Shown here: one piece after another, positions 22,095 through 34,604 of the stretch
Layout: each line of letters starts with the position of its first letter
Position numbering within the stretch: the first letter of the stretch is position 1
NCBI RefSeq assembly: GCF_006345805.1
Contig: NC_042997.1
Span: forward strand, 200,198,001-200,262,000
Reading direction: 5' to 3'
DNA length: 64,000 nucleotides
From: Octopus sinensis
Lineage: Eukaryota
The notes under the pieces: model-generated
Seen by the model: the letters and a program-made list of their open reading frames with translations, nothing else
Told to the model about the DNA's origin: nothing
Databases searched by the model: none
Program-made: the position numbers and the translations under genes

Positions 22095-22844
22095 TGATGA
22101 GACTGTTAGAATGAAATAAACATTAATGAATTGATTTTAATAAATTTTATTAAAACTATATTTATTTATAATGTCCATACAAAGGTTTCATGGAGTGATC
22201 ATTGCTGCTGGTTCCCTCATGAAATGCTAACTGGTTTCTACATATGAATCTTACACACAATCAACAGAAACATGGAATTTTTCAATGATATTACATTTAT
22301 TTGTATCTATGGATAGTTCTAATGCCTTTGTCTATGACAATTCCATTCTTGCAGAAACCACATTTCCAAGTATATAAATCTTTCTCTCATTTCTCATACA
22401 GGGAGAAAATGTTTGGTTCTTGGTATTTTCTTGGGTCTGCCTTTTTGATTCCATCACCCTGCCACTAATTTTTCTGCTACTCAAACCCTTTTTAAGATTT
22501 CTGTAATCTTTCGTGTATTCCAACAATACACATTTTAAAGCCATTCTCTTAACTAGATCCTTTGTGTTTAGTGTTCCTTATTTAGCTTTTTGTCCCCATA
22601 TTCTTGAACAATTCCACCAACAAATCTGTGGGCATCATCATCATCATTTAATGTTCACTTTTCTATGCTTTCAAAGGTTGGATGGATTCTGTTGTGGCAG
22701 ATTTTCTATGGCCAGATGCCCTTTATATTGCCAGCCCACATCTGTTTCCACTTAAGGTAATACTTCCCTATAGCTGGGCACTCATTAACAACTATCAAGT
22801 GATGTCAAGATGAGGAGACACTCACCTGCAACATCATCATCATT

Positions 22845-22879
<35 letters not shown>

Positions 22880-23016
22880 TTAACATCTGCCTTCCATGCT
22901 GGCATGGGTTGGATGATTTTTCGTTATCATTTTTGGTACCGATGTAGTTACCAGCAGATATAGAACCATTTCATATATATATATATATATATATAGGTAA
23001 AAGGTTTATATATATA

Positions 23017-23059
<43 letters not shown>

Positions 23060-23829
23060 GTAAAAGGTTTATATATGATATATCATTGGTATTATGTTAA
23101 ACTGCCATATGTCTAAATTTGGCCAAATGCGTTTTTTTTTTCACTATTTATTTTTGATTGCAATAGATGGTTCTTTTGGTCAAACTAGCATATCTCCAGC
23201 TACTTCAGATGCCAAGACATCAAAAATTGTTAAAGTGTAGTAGTACAACAGTTTTGCTATGGAATGATGAAACTATTTTTTTTGTTTTCTGAAAAAACAA
23301 CATTTTGGATTTATGACACTTTTGCATGATAGCAACGATATATACATACAACGGTCGACTTTCAGTTTCTGTCTACCAAATCCACAATGCTTTTTGTTGG
23401 CCTGAAGCTATAATAGTTGATACTTGCCTGAGGTGCCATGCTGTGGGACTCAACTCTGAACTCTGTGGCTGGGAAGCAAGCTCTTTACCACACAGTCATG
23501 CCTATTAGTTAATGTGTCATTCTAGGTAAGTGGTTTATGTTCTATTCTAAAAGCTTACAATTACAGAAGATTTACTGTAAATAGAGTTATCTTTCAGATT
23601 AACAAGCTGTAAGAGTCTTATAGAAATGGATGCGGAGAGAAGAAAACAATGCATTTCCACCATTTAATCTCATCAAGTAAGTGAAGCCATACATGTATTG
23701 AAGTAAACGTTTAAAATATTCATTCAAAGGAAAACGATGAAGACATGTCTGAGTAGACTCTCTGCAAATATAAGCTGAAGAAATTCATTTTCAAAGAAGT
23801 CAATTTTAAAAAAAATAATTAAGAAGATA

Positions 23830-24127
23830 AAGTTAAAGTTAATTTTTTGGCTCAAAAAGCAAAAAGCAAGGCCATGTAGGGGGACATGGAGTTATGTACA
23901 GGGAGGGTGTTCATGCAAAGAGTTCAGGCCATTTCTGGTCCAGAGAGACTTTGAACCGAGTGGTCGTCGGCATCTTCACTATCTCATCCGGCAGCTTATT
24001 CCACGGATCCGCAACCCGAATGGAGAAAGCCCCTCACTTTCGATTGAGATGAAATCGTTGCAGATAGAACTTTTTGGAGTGACCCCGCAGCCGACGCTCT
24101 GGAGCAGGAGTGAAGAACAGCTTCCCG
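23830..24127 (-). mobile_element. CR1-type LINE 3' fragment (same family as 56364-59098)
   Basis: Reverse complement aligns to about 58803-59098 (LFFTPAPERRLRGHSKKFYLQRFHLNR..., 3' UTR and tail). Confidence 0.88.
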
Positions 24128-24479
24128 ATGATATTTCTGAATGCCTAAAGCTGAATGTAAAACTAGATTTAATCCAGTAGCAAGACTAGTTTATGCTACC
24201 AGGTTCAGCTTTCCCAAAGGACTTCATATGAAATACTTGTTAGCTATCAATTTCAATTTGGGGATTCTTGCTCTTGGTGACATCATCCATTCTGCTGTGT
24301 TCTTTGATGATGATAATTCTTATGTTACCACTGTGAAAAGAATGTTACATATCAAGGGGTCAATCCATGGAGATGCAACGAAAGTATATCCACCCAGCTT
24401 TTCTGCCAAACAAAAAAAAAAAAAAATCAAGGCTTGCTTGGTGTTTCAAATCACAATGATCTGAAGAGAGGAATTGTTG

Positions 24480-24609
24480 TTGTTGTAACCATCATCGTCA
24501 TTGCTGCTGCCACCTCCGCCGCTGCCACCGCCACCGCCACCGCCACCACCACCACCACTGCCATTGCTGTCACTGTCATCATCATCGTCATTGTTATTGT
24601 CATCTTCTC

Positions 24610-24640
<31 letters not shown>

Positions 24641-24690
24641 TATCGTCATTGTCATCGTCATCGTCATCATCATCATCATCATCACTTTCA
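24480..24690. repeat. Compound trinucleotide repeats (GCC/CAC/CAT)n
   Basis: Successive CCGCCA, CAC and CAT arrays. Confidence 0.9.
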
Positions 24691-25639
24691 TCACTACGCC
24701 TTATCCTGCAACGCCATTTTAAACGTGTTTTGCATGCTGACCTGAGCTGGATTATTTGACAGTATCTAAAGTGTATGGAAAATGCTCAACAGTCCCAATG
24801 TAGTATTAACACCGGAATACACGCACTTACACACACACACACACACACACACCACACACACACACACACTTATATAAATACACACACACAGCGGATGTGC
24901 TATGAACAGAATCAAATGGAATCTTACATAACAAAATAAAGTCTCATTTTCTTTTAACTAGATATAATTAGGTTGCTTTTGAAGTAAATCCACTCAAAAA
25001 AACACACCTTTATTCACTTAATTAGTGGAAGATCAAAAAGATTTGTACACTTGGAGTTGATTCGTTTATATATATTCCTAATTAATGTAAAACAAAACAT
25101 GCGTTGTTGTAAATGAACTTTTGTCTTGAGGGAAAAATATGCATCTTTATTTTAAAATGAGGTTAGAAAATTCAAGAAGATACACTTTAAGATATAATTC
25201 TCCATTAACTGGAGCTGTGGAATATCCGTAGTTATTGTCACCTGTGACAGGTAGTGAAAAAGTCTTGGGAGAGCTGAACAGCAGAAGGGTTTTTGTGAAG
25301 AAACCCACCTCAGTAAAGTGTTTTGACCCTTAACTTCTTACACTTTAAAGGGTTGGGTCACATCCAGGACATTATTCCTGGATGCTCCTCTGTTGCCATA
25401 TTTTATGTCATTACACTTCAATTTGCACATTGCTGAGAGGTCAGAGGCCTCAGACCCAGGATGTCTTGGAGGTTGTAACCATTTTTGTCAGAGACATTAG
25501 TTCTATGTAAGGTAGATTATGTCTTCATAAGTTCACCTTTATTCATTCCTTGATCAGTTCCAGGTGGAATTACTTTGGGTTACCTCTGTCTGCTTTTAGA
25601 ACTCTTAGAAGACAGAAGGGATGTAAAGAGAGTAGGGGA

Positions 25640-25833
25640 ACAAAAATTGTGGCACATAAAAGCACCTACTACACTCTCGGAGTGGTTGGTGCTAGGAAGG
25701 GCATCCAGCTGTAGAAACTCTGCCAGATCAAACTGGAACCCAGCACAGCCATCTGGCTTGCCAGTCCTCAGTCAAATCGTCCAATCCATGCTATCATGGA
25801 AAGCAGACATTAAATGATAATGATGATGATGAT
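25640..25833 (+). mobile_element. RTE 3' tail
   Basis: GTGGCACATAAAAGCACC...GGAAGGGCATCCAGCTGTAGAAAC...CATTAAATGATAATGATGATG. Confidence 0.85.
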
Positions 25834-26139
25834 ACACAGAAACATACAGAGTAATACACACATAATAGACATATATGCACTTATCTGTGGCACTTATGAG
25901 AAATAGAGATAGATGCATAAAAAATAATAATAATAAATAAATAGATATATAAACATATTTGTCACTTACCTGTAATAAGTATAAGATATAGAAATAGATA
26001 AAACAAATAAATAAATCTATATAAAGGGCATGGATACATACAACATACGAAGAGAACCCATACACACACGTGCGCACAAGACATTTCATGGACAGCCATA
26101 ACAATGTCAACAACACAATTCACAATGACAGAAAGGTGG

Positions 26140-26330
26140 CAAACTGGCAGAAACGTTAGCACACTGGGTGAAATGCGCTTAGCAGTATTTTGTGTCTTTG
26201 CATTCTGAGTTCAAATTCCGCTGAGGTCGACTTTGCCTTTCATCCTTTTAGGGCCGATAAATTAAACACCAGTTGTGTACTGGGGTCAATTTAATCGACA
26301 TGGCTTCCTCCCCCAAAATTTATGACCTTA
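26140..26330 (+). mobile_element. SINE family 2
   Basis: CTGGCAGAAACGTTAGC head and GAGTTCAAATTCC B-box. Confidence 0.82.
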
Positions 26331-27028
26331 TGTATATATATATATATATATTTCTTTTACTTCTTTCAATCATTTGACTGCGGCCATGCTGGGGCACCAC
26401 CTTGAAGTATTTTTAGTTGAATGAATCAACTCCAATATTTAACTTTGTTAAATAAACACACGCACTGTATATATATATTTTCTTCACATGTTTAATACTG
26501 TTCTTATTTTATTATTCTAACTCATGTCCATTGCCATGACAATGATGGCAATAACAACAACAACAATAACTACCATGATGGCAACACTGTGTGCGAACAC
26601 ACATACTCAGAAGAATACAGGAACGGTACCATGTTTTTCAGGTCTTAGAACAGCAACAGCAGAATGGGGTGGGAGGATGGGGCTGCTGAGGGGAAGGCCA
26701 CACTGCTGTGAAAAACTATGACACACACAAGCACACACACCCACATGCACACACATGCACAAACACACAAACAAGGACAGAAATCCATGTGCACATAAGG
26801 ATACACATCTTGAAAGAACAGAATGGAGTTAGTGGAACAAGAACACACATGAAAACGAAAAGTGTCACTGAAGAGGTCACAGATGTGTGATGAAAAATTT
26901 CCAATCAATGGGCATGAGTTAGAATAATAAAATAAGAACAGTAATAAACAAGTGAAGAAAAAATATATATAGTGCATGTGTTTATTTGGCAAAAAAAGAA
27001 AAAAAACGAGCATCATGAAAAACAATAT

Positions 27029-27126
<98 letters not shown>

Positions 27127-27299
27127 ATATATAATATATATATATATATGTATGTATACATATACCCATGTTAGCATGGAAGATACATGTCTAATGATGA
27201 TGATGATGAGGATGATGATGATATATATATATATATCAGTTCTACATAACTGGCACATGATAGTGGCATGTAATAAGCTCCATTCGAGTGTGCACCAAT

Positions 27300-27638
27300 G
27301 CTAGTGCCGACTGACTGGCTCCTGTGCTGGCGGCATGTAAAAAGCACTCACTACAGACTTGGAGTAGTTGGCATTAGGAAGGGCATCCAGCTGTAGAAAC
27401 CTTGCCAGATTAGATTGGAGCCTGGTGCAGCCTCCTGTTTGCCAGTCCTCAGTCAAACCATTCAATCCATGCCATGATGATGATGATGGTGATGATGAAC
27501 CACATGGTTCCAGGTTCAGTCCCACTGCGTGGCACCTTGGGCAAGTGTCTTCTACTATAGCCTCGGGCCGACAATAGCCTTGTGAGTGGATTTGGTAGAC
27601 GGAAACTGAAAGAAGCCCGTCGTATATATGTATATATA

Positions 27639-27684
<46 letters not shown>

Positions 27685-27895
27685 GTATGTGTGTGTGTTT
27701 GTGCGTCTGTGTTTGTCCCTCTAGCATTGCTTGACAACCAATGCTGGTGTGTTTATGTCCCCATCACTTAGCGGTTCGGCAAAAGAGACCGATAGAAAAA
27801 GTACTGGGCTTACAAAGAATAAGTCCCGGGGTTGAGTTGCTCAATTAAAGGCGGTGCTTCAGCATGGCTGCAGTCAAATGACTGAAACAAGTTTT
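27300..27895 (+). mobile_element. RTE tail (27300-27497) fused directly to a 5'-truncated SINE family 1 (27500-27895)
   Basis: The (GAT)n tail is followed immediately by AACCACATGGTTCCAGG of the SINE. Confidence 0.82.
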
Positions 27896-28217
27896 AAAAA
27901 ATATATATATATATATATCCATGTATGTGCATGTGTGCATGTGCGGGCATGTGTGTGAGTGTGTCTTAGTTTTAATGATCTGAACGTAAACAAAGGCATA
28001 CCTTATTTAAATAAATATTCATATTTTATTTTAGACATAATTATATTACTGTGTGATAAATGCACATAAAAAATGAACATCCATTTACTTCATCACCAGG
28101 ACACCAAAGAGAGCTTTGCTTAAGCTTCATTTTAAATTCTTTTTTCTATGTTCATGGCTGGTGAAAAGCAAAACAGGAGGTATGGCAAATAAATCCCTGC
28201 ATAAACAGAAAATATAC

Positions 28218-28565
28218 ATGGATTATATTATTTTTATGGATTATATTCATATGGATTATATTATTTTTATGGATTATATTCATATGGATTATATTATTTT
28301 TATGGATTATATTCATATGGATTATATTATTTTTATGGATTATATTCATATGGATTATATTATTTTTATGGATTATATTCATATGGATTATATTATTTTT
28401 ATGGATTATATTCATATGGATTATATATTTTTATGGATTATATTCATATGGATTATATTATTTTTATGGATTATATTCATATGGATTATATTATTTTTAT
28501 GGATTATATTCATATGGATTATATTTTTTTTATGGATTATATTCATATGGATTATATTATTTTTA
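28218..28565. repeat. Minisatellite, 33-bp unit (18+15 bp subunits), about 10.5 copies
   Basis: (ATGGATTATATTATTTTT ATGGATTATATTCAT)n. Confidence 0.95.
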
Positions 28566-28646
28566 CATTAATGCATTTATGTGCAGTTAATTTTATTTGC
28601 CTCTCGTGTGTGTGTTTGTGTGTGTGAGTATATATATATATATATA

Positions 28647-28828
28647 GTGAGAATTTATAAAAAGCAAACGACAAAGACATTTGTGTAAACAACAAGCAGA
28701 TTATTAGTTTAATGCTTGGGAAATGAGGAAGTCTTTTACGTTTTGAGCCTACGCTCTTTGACAGAAAGGAACACAGAAATAAACAGGGAGAGAAAATAGA
28801 AAAGGTTTAGTGGCTAGCGATCTATCAT
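28647..28828 (-). mobile_element. Penelope-like pseudo-LTR fragment (family A) with degenerate hammerhead-like motif
   Basis: Minus strand CUUU CUGUCAA A GAG CGUAGG CUC AAAA CG UA AAAGA at 28731-28768; bounded by TA tracts. Confidence 0.62.
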
Positions 28829-28904
28829 ATATATTTCGTTTTTTGTTTTTCTTGTTTCAGCTCAGAGCTGCAGCCATGCTGATATATATATATATTTATA
28901 TATA

Positions 28905-29032
28905 AAATTATAATTTAGGGTATCTAAGAGATACCACCACGCTGGAAATAGCAGTCAAAGCTTCACTCTAAAACCACATTAAATGTTCATATGAACATTT
29001 AATGTGGTTTTAGATACCCTAAATTATAATTT
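28905..29032. repeat. Palindrome (48-bp perfect core, 23-bp outer arms) with an insert in the left arm
   Basis: 28967-29014 is a perfect spacerless palindrome; 28905-28927 is the reverse complement of 29010-29032. Confidence 0.92.
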
Positions 29033-29128
29033 GAGATAATCATTACCTTTGAAAGGTTTTTATTCCCATGCTGGCAACCTGATAGGATCGGTATTTAAAT
29101 ATCGATCTTATCCTTATATATATATATA

Positions 29129-29543
29129 AGGCGCAGGAGTGGCTGTGTGGTAAGTAGCTTGTTTACCAACCACATGGTTCCGGGTTCAGTCCCACTGCGT
29201 GGCACCTTGGGCAAGTGTCTTCTACTATAGCCTCGGGCCGACCAAGGCCTTGTGAGTGGATTTGGTAGACGGAAACTGAAAGAAGCCCGTCGTATATATG
29301 TATATATATGTGTGTGTGTGTTTGTGTGTCTGTGTTTGTCCCCTAGCATTGCTTGACAACCGATGCTGGTGTGTTTATGTCCCCGTTACTTAGCGGTTCG
29401 GCAAAAGAGACCAATAGAGTAAGTACTGGGCTTACAAAAGAATAAGTCCCGCGGTCGAGTTGCTCGATTAAAGGCGGTGCTCCAGCATGGCCGCTGTCAA
29501 ATGACTGAAACAAGTAAAAGAATAAAAGAAAAGAATAAAAAGA
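29129..29543 (+). mobile_element. SINE family 1, near-consensus young copy
   Basis: Retains CpGs (GCCCGTCG, GACGGAAAC, GCGGTTCGG). Confidence 0.92.
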
Positions 29544-29699
29544 ACATATATATATATTTCGTTGTTATTATGTAAACTGTCATAAGTTCAAAATGTTCCT
29601 TTTTCAAAAGACCAAAAAATAATTTCACCATTCCATTTCTTTTTACATTAGCAACAGTTTCAGCTTAACAATAATACATTGTTGGGTGCGTGAAATCAT

Positions 29700-30082
29700 A
29701 AGGCAAAGTCGACCATGGCAGAATTCAACTCAGAACGTAAAGACAGATGAAATACCGCTAAGCATTTTGCTTGGCGTGTTAACGTTTCTGCCAGCTCACT
29801 GCCTTACAACCTTAATACTTTTTTGCTTTCTTTTACTTGTTCCAGTCGTTTGACTGTGGCCATGCTGGAGCAAAGGGGGCTAAACATAGAGGGGACAAAC
29901 AAGGACAGACAAAGGGATTAAGTCAACTACATCGATCCCAGTGCATAACTGGTACTTTATTTATCGACCCTGAAAGAATGAAAGGCAAAGTCAATCTCAG
30001 TGGAATTTGAACTCGGACCGTAAAGACAGACGAAATACTGCATTTTGCCTGGTGTGCTAGTGTTTCTGCCAGCTCACTGCCT
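29700..30082 (-). mobile_element. SINE family 2: partial plus near-full copy, with a SINE-1 3' fragment between them
   Basis: Family-2 matches at 29700-29805 and 29875-30082; SINE-1 tail at 29820-29872. Confidence 0.78.
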
Positions 30083-30594
30083 TAAGAATTTAGATAATTA
30101 AAAACAGACAAGAACATCCACATGATGATTAAATTACGATGAAAAGTTTATATCATTTGTTGCCTGTGTATGTTTCACTCTTGTGGATAAATGCATTCTT
30201 TTGTAGAGGATGGTTTAAATGCAACTGGATGCTGAATTACACCTGTTAATCAAGGAAACAATGCAATAAAGGGTTCTACTGATGTACTGTTATAGTTAAG
30301 CATTTAAATGCAAATAACCACAAGAGTGAAATGTAAATAGGACTCAAATGATATAAGCTTGTGTTTATCACAGTTTCTCCTATATTAGCTCTGTATGTTA
30401 TAACTAGTAATTCTACTAAGTATAGCTGTAACCGAACCATTATAATGGAAGCAGACTGGATGATGATAATCTATGTGGAGCTCTAAACTCAGCAACAGCA
30501 GTCTTATGTCTAACTGCAGACACAATGCAACAAAAAAACAAAATCAGAATCAGAATCAGAATCTTAATCAAATCGAAATCAAAAATGGAAATTG

Positions 30595-30972
30595 TAGCTG
30601 TGGTCGATGCCAGTGCCACCTGACTTGCTCCCTGTGTTGGTGGCATGTAAAAAGCACCATCCAGAAATGGTCGATGCCAGCCACCCCCCCATTCCCAACT
30701 GGCTCCTGTACTGGTGGTACATAAAAGGCACCATCTAAATGTGGCCGATGCCAGTGTCCCCCTGACTGGCTCCCGAGGTGGTGGCATGTAAAAAGCACCC
30801 ACTACACTCTCAGAGTGGTTGGCATTAAGAAGGGCATGCAGCTGTAGAAACTTTGCCAGATCAGATTGGAGCCTGGCGCAGCTGCTGGCTCTCCAGACCC
30901 TCAGTCAAACCGTCCAACCCATACCAGAATGAAAAACAGATGTTAAGCGATGATGATGATGATGATGATGAT
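30595..30972 (+). mobile_element. RTE 3' tail with about 3 diverged ~60-bp units
   Basis: Three GTGGCATGTAAAAAGCACC-like unit ends, then the standard tail and (GAT)n. Confidence 0.82.
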
Positions 30973-31042
30973 ATATATATACATACATACATAATACATA
31001 TATATATATATGTGTGTGTGTATGTACATACATACATACACA

Positions 31043-31076
<34 letters not shown>

Positions 31077-31641
31077 TACTATATCTAATTATTTTATTCA
31101 TAGTTAAAAAGTTAAAGTTTAAAAGTTTAATGGAGTATATAGTAGAGAAAAAAAGTTCAGGCCAAACCATTTTCTATTTCCATTTTATTTTGTTACAGAT
31201 CAAAGTGTGCAAACTTCTTACTACTTTGTGTTAAAAGTGTTTTCTATAACAAGTGTAAAGTGCTAAAAAAAAGAAAAGCCCTAAAAATAAACTTCTAAAG
31301 AATATTGTTTCATAATATTTTTATCAAATTACATACTGAAAATCTTTCATATTTGAAATATTGTGTAATAAAATTGAAAAGAAATATTTGACTGAGTTAA
31401 GAATAGCCAGAAAAAATAATTCTAAATACAAGTCATACATATATTAGATCTTGAAATACAATGTTTTTGGGCCTCCCCATTCTTAATTGATTCATGTTTT
31501 GATGTTATATCTACTATGGAATCATCTTTTTCCCATTTTCTACTTTGCTGTTTCGTTTTTGGTTTGACTGATGAAATTTTTAGGCAGAAGCATGGTTAGG
31601 TGCTCAACCTTGTCATTTTGATTTTAAAAATCTCTTCTTCT

Positions 31642-32040
31642 AAGGCAGTGAGCTGGCAGAAACGTTAGCACACTGGGCAAAATGCTTAGCGGTATTGTAT
31701 CTGTCGTTACGTTCTGAGTTCAAATTCCGCCAAGGTCGACTTTACTTTTCATCCTTTCGGGGTCGATAAATTAAGTACCAGTTATGCAGTGGGGTCGATG
31801 TAATCGACTTAATAACGTTTGTCTGTCCTTGTTTGTCCCGTCTGTGTTTAGCCCCTTGTGGGTAGTAAAGGAATATGTATTTTGTCTGTCTTTATGTTCT
31901 GAGTTCAAATTCCACCGAGGTCGACTTTGCCTTTCATCCTTTCGGGGGTCGATAAATTAAGTACCAGTTGTGTACTGGGGTTGATCTAATCGATTGGCCC
32001 CCTCCCCCAAAATTTCTGGCCTTGTGCCTAGAGTAGAAAA
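31642..32040 (+). mobile_element. Two tandem SINE family 2 copies with different 3' ends
   Basis: Full copy 31642-31870; headless copy 31880-32040. Confidence 0.85.
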
Positions 32041-32663
32041 AACAAAAAGAATCTCTTCTACTACAACCCCAAGCCAGACAAGACTTTGTGAGTACATTTG
32101 GCAGATAAAAACTGAATAAAAATCCATCATGTACATACACACATGCATACATATCATCATCATATGCACATACATATCATTATCATGTAATGTTCGTTTT
32201 CCATGCATGAGGTGGACGGTAATGTAATGTTCGTTTTCCAGCATGAGGTGGACGGTTTGGTACCCTGGGCAAGACACTTGCCCAGGGTACCAAACTATCT
32301 ATTTATCTTTATATACTATGAAACTTTAAAACTTTATAACTCTATGACTTTGATGCCTTCAACAGTTTTGGAGATTCTTTGAGAATTATTGAAAAATTTA
32401 AAGATTTTATAAATTGTTACAGAAACTTTTTCTTCGAGGGGCTTTTTGAAGTTTGTGAAATTTATTCAGCTTTAAAAATAAATTCACTTATCACATTTTC
32501 ACCTTCTCTTGTCTTCTAACTTCTCTTAACTTTCCTTGATTTATTCAGATACAATATTTCGTCCTCCTTCTTTATCTCTCCTATTAGCAGTGTTACCTTG
32601 TTGTCTTTCTTTCTATATTATGTGTATGTGTGTGTGCATGCCTGTGTATGTATATGTGTGTGA

Positions 32664-32705
<42 letters not shown>

Positions 32706-32859
32706 AATTTATTATATGTGGTGCGATGTGTAAATTGTCACTCGCTATATTTCATTTTTGATTTTGCACTTGCACATTGTTTGTTTCAGATTATGCTGAC
32801 TACATAGTATAGTAGGGTCAGTTGGGCACCATCTGTGAGAAAACCAGCATCATGATGCA

Positions 32860-33607
32860 ATTCAGTCTGCCAGAAATTTGATAACAACATACTGTACTGC
32901 TTGGCATTCACGCCAGAAGCTCCACTATGAACATTTCAGAGTGTTTGGGTGTCAATCTGAGGACAGTGCAATCTGAGGACATGTACCAAGAGGGATAAAA
33001 ATCAAACATCCTGTCAACATCATGGTGTTTGAAGTGATTACTAGTGATGGCAATGTTTTGCCTCCATTAATCTTCCCATACAGCCTCAGACTCAAGATAG
33101 AGACCAAACATCAAGTGCCTGAAGAAGGTAGTTCTGCTCTGGGTGAAGAGGGTAGCTGCTGGAAGACCCTATGTCTGGCAACAAAATTCTGCACCTTGCC
33201 ACACAAGCTGGAGAACCCAGTCATGGCTGTCAGACAATATCAGCGACCACATCTCCCCTAACATCTGGTCACTTAACTCCCCAGACTGCAACCCCCCTTG
33301 ATTATTATGTGTGGGGTGAATTTGAGCAAGAGACCAACAAAACTCCTTGTAACACCAAAGATGAACTGAAGGCAAGGATTATGGCAGCATTCACCAACTT
33401 AAACAAGGAGACTGTCCAGAAGAGTTGCAGGAGATTCCAAAGTCGTTTGGAGGCCATGGCTGAAGCCAATGGCGATTTTATTAAATGAATTTACTCTTTA
33501 GTATTTCAAGATTTTTTATGTAATTTTGGTAAATATATCTGTTAAAATGAGATGTCAGTGTTATTTTCATTTTTGCGTAATTTAGACGACAGTTTATTCA
33601 CCACACC
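32860..33607 (+). mobile_element. Internally deleted maT (DD37D) mariner-like transposon relic
   Basis: IKHPVNIMVFEVITSDG, WQQNSAPCHTSWRTQSWLSDN...NSPDCNPLDYYVWG (37-residue spacing after a 1-nt frameshift), ETNKTPCNTKDELKARI. Confidence 0.82.
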
Positions 33608-33642
33608 CTCTCTCTCTATATATATGTATATCTGTGTGTGTG

Positions 33643-33644
<2 letters not shown>

Positions 33645-33674
<30 letters not shown>

Positions 33675-33785
33675 TGTATGTATGTATGTATGTATGTATG
33701 TATGTATGCATGTATGTATGTATGCATGCATGCATGTATGTATGTATGTATGTATGTATGTATGTATGTATGTATGTATATGCTT
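33645..33785. repeat. (TATG)n microsatellite
   Basis: Long near-perfect array. Confidence 0.95.
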
Positions 33786-34604
33786 GTATGTTTGTGTAGC
33801 AGTGTTGTCTGCCAACGTGTGTAAGCAAGTGTCTGCATTAAATACAAGTAGTGTCATTTGTTTTGAATCTTCCATGAAAAACATGTCTAGCCATGGGGAA
33901 AGATTACTTTGCTTGGAAACCGATAAGTGTTGGTGACATGAAGAGCATCCAGCCATAGATAATCTGCCTCAATGGATTCCATGTGGCCTTTGCAAGCATG
34001 GAAGAGGGCACATTAAAACAATGACGATGATGACAATGTCTAGCTTCAGGTCACTCTTGACCCTGTAGACATGTAAGCAAAGACATTCCAGGATTGTTTC
34101 AGGGACCTTATTTTGAGACATAGCATATCTAGGACTACATTATTGAAATGTGCCCTTCATTAAAAAAAAAAATGTTAAGATGTCTGAGTGACATCTGAGA
34201 GAAATTTAGCATGCTGAGAGTCAGCACAGAGCGTCTTTATAAAATCGAAATGTCAAATGCACAGATGAACATCTTTCTAATAACCAAAGCTAATAACCAA
34301 AGGCCCTGTTCCTATGTAATCCTTTTGTGAACTCCTGTGAAGTCCTTTGAAGGTCAGATGTTTACATCATTCTGTCAACAATACATTGTGCAATATAATT
34401 ACTGTAACATGCAATTCACAATGCTATGATTGAAGGGTAAAAATATTCCCTTTATCACCACCACCACCACCACCACCACCATCGTTGTCGTCACTGCTGA
34501 CGTCTTCGTTGTTATAGACTGGGTTGAGTTCCAATATCTGTTTTAGCAAGGTTTCTATGGCTGGATATGCTTCCTAGAATCCATCCACTTCACTGAGTAT
34601 AGTA

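Noticed and set aside
22332-22544. 70-aa minus-strand ORF as a host exon
   Set aside because: No convincing splice sites, stops in all frames just upstream, and no recognisable motif.
24434-24745. Ala/Thr/His- or Pro-rich homeobox-like low-complexity protein
   Set aside because: Compound trinucleotide repeats only, with no adjoining structured domain.
28116-28571. 151-aa repeat protein (MDYIIFMDYIH)n
   Set aside because: The frame is open only because the minisatellite unit is 33 bp. It frameshifts mid-array, has no real ATG start in the track ORF and has no expression evidence.
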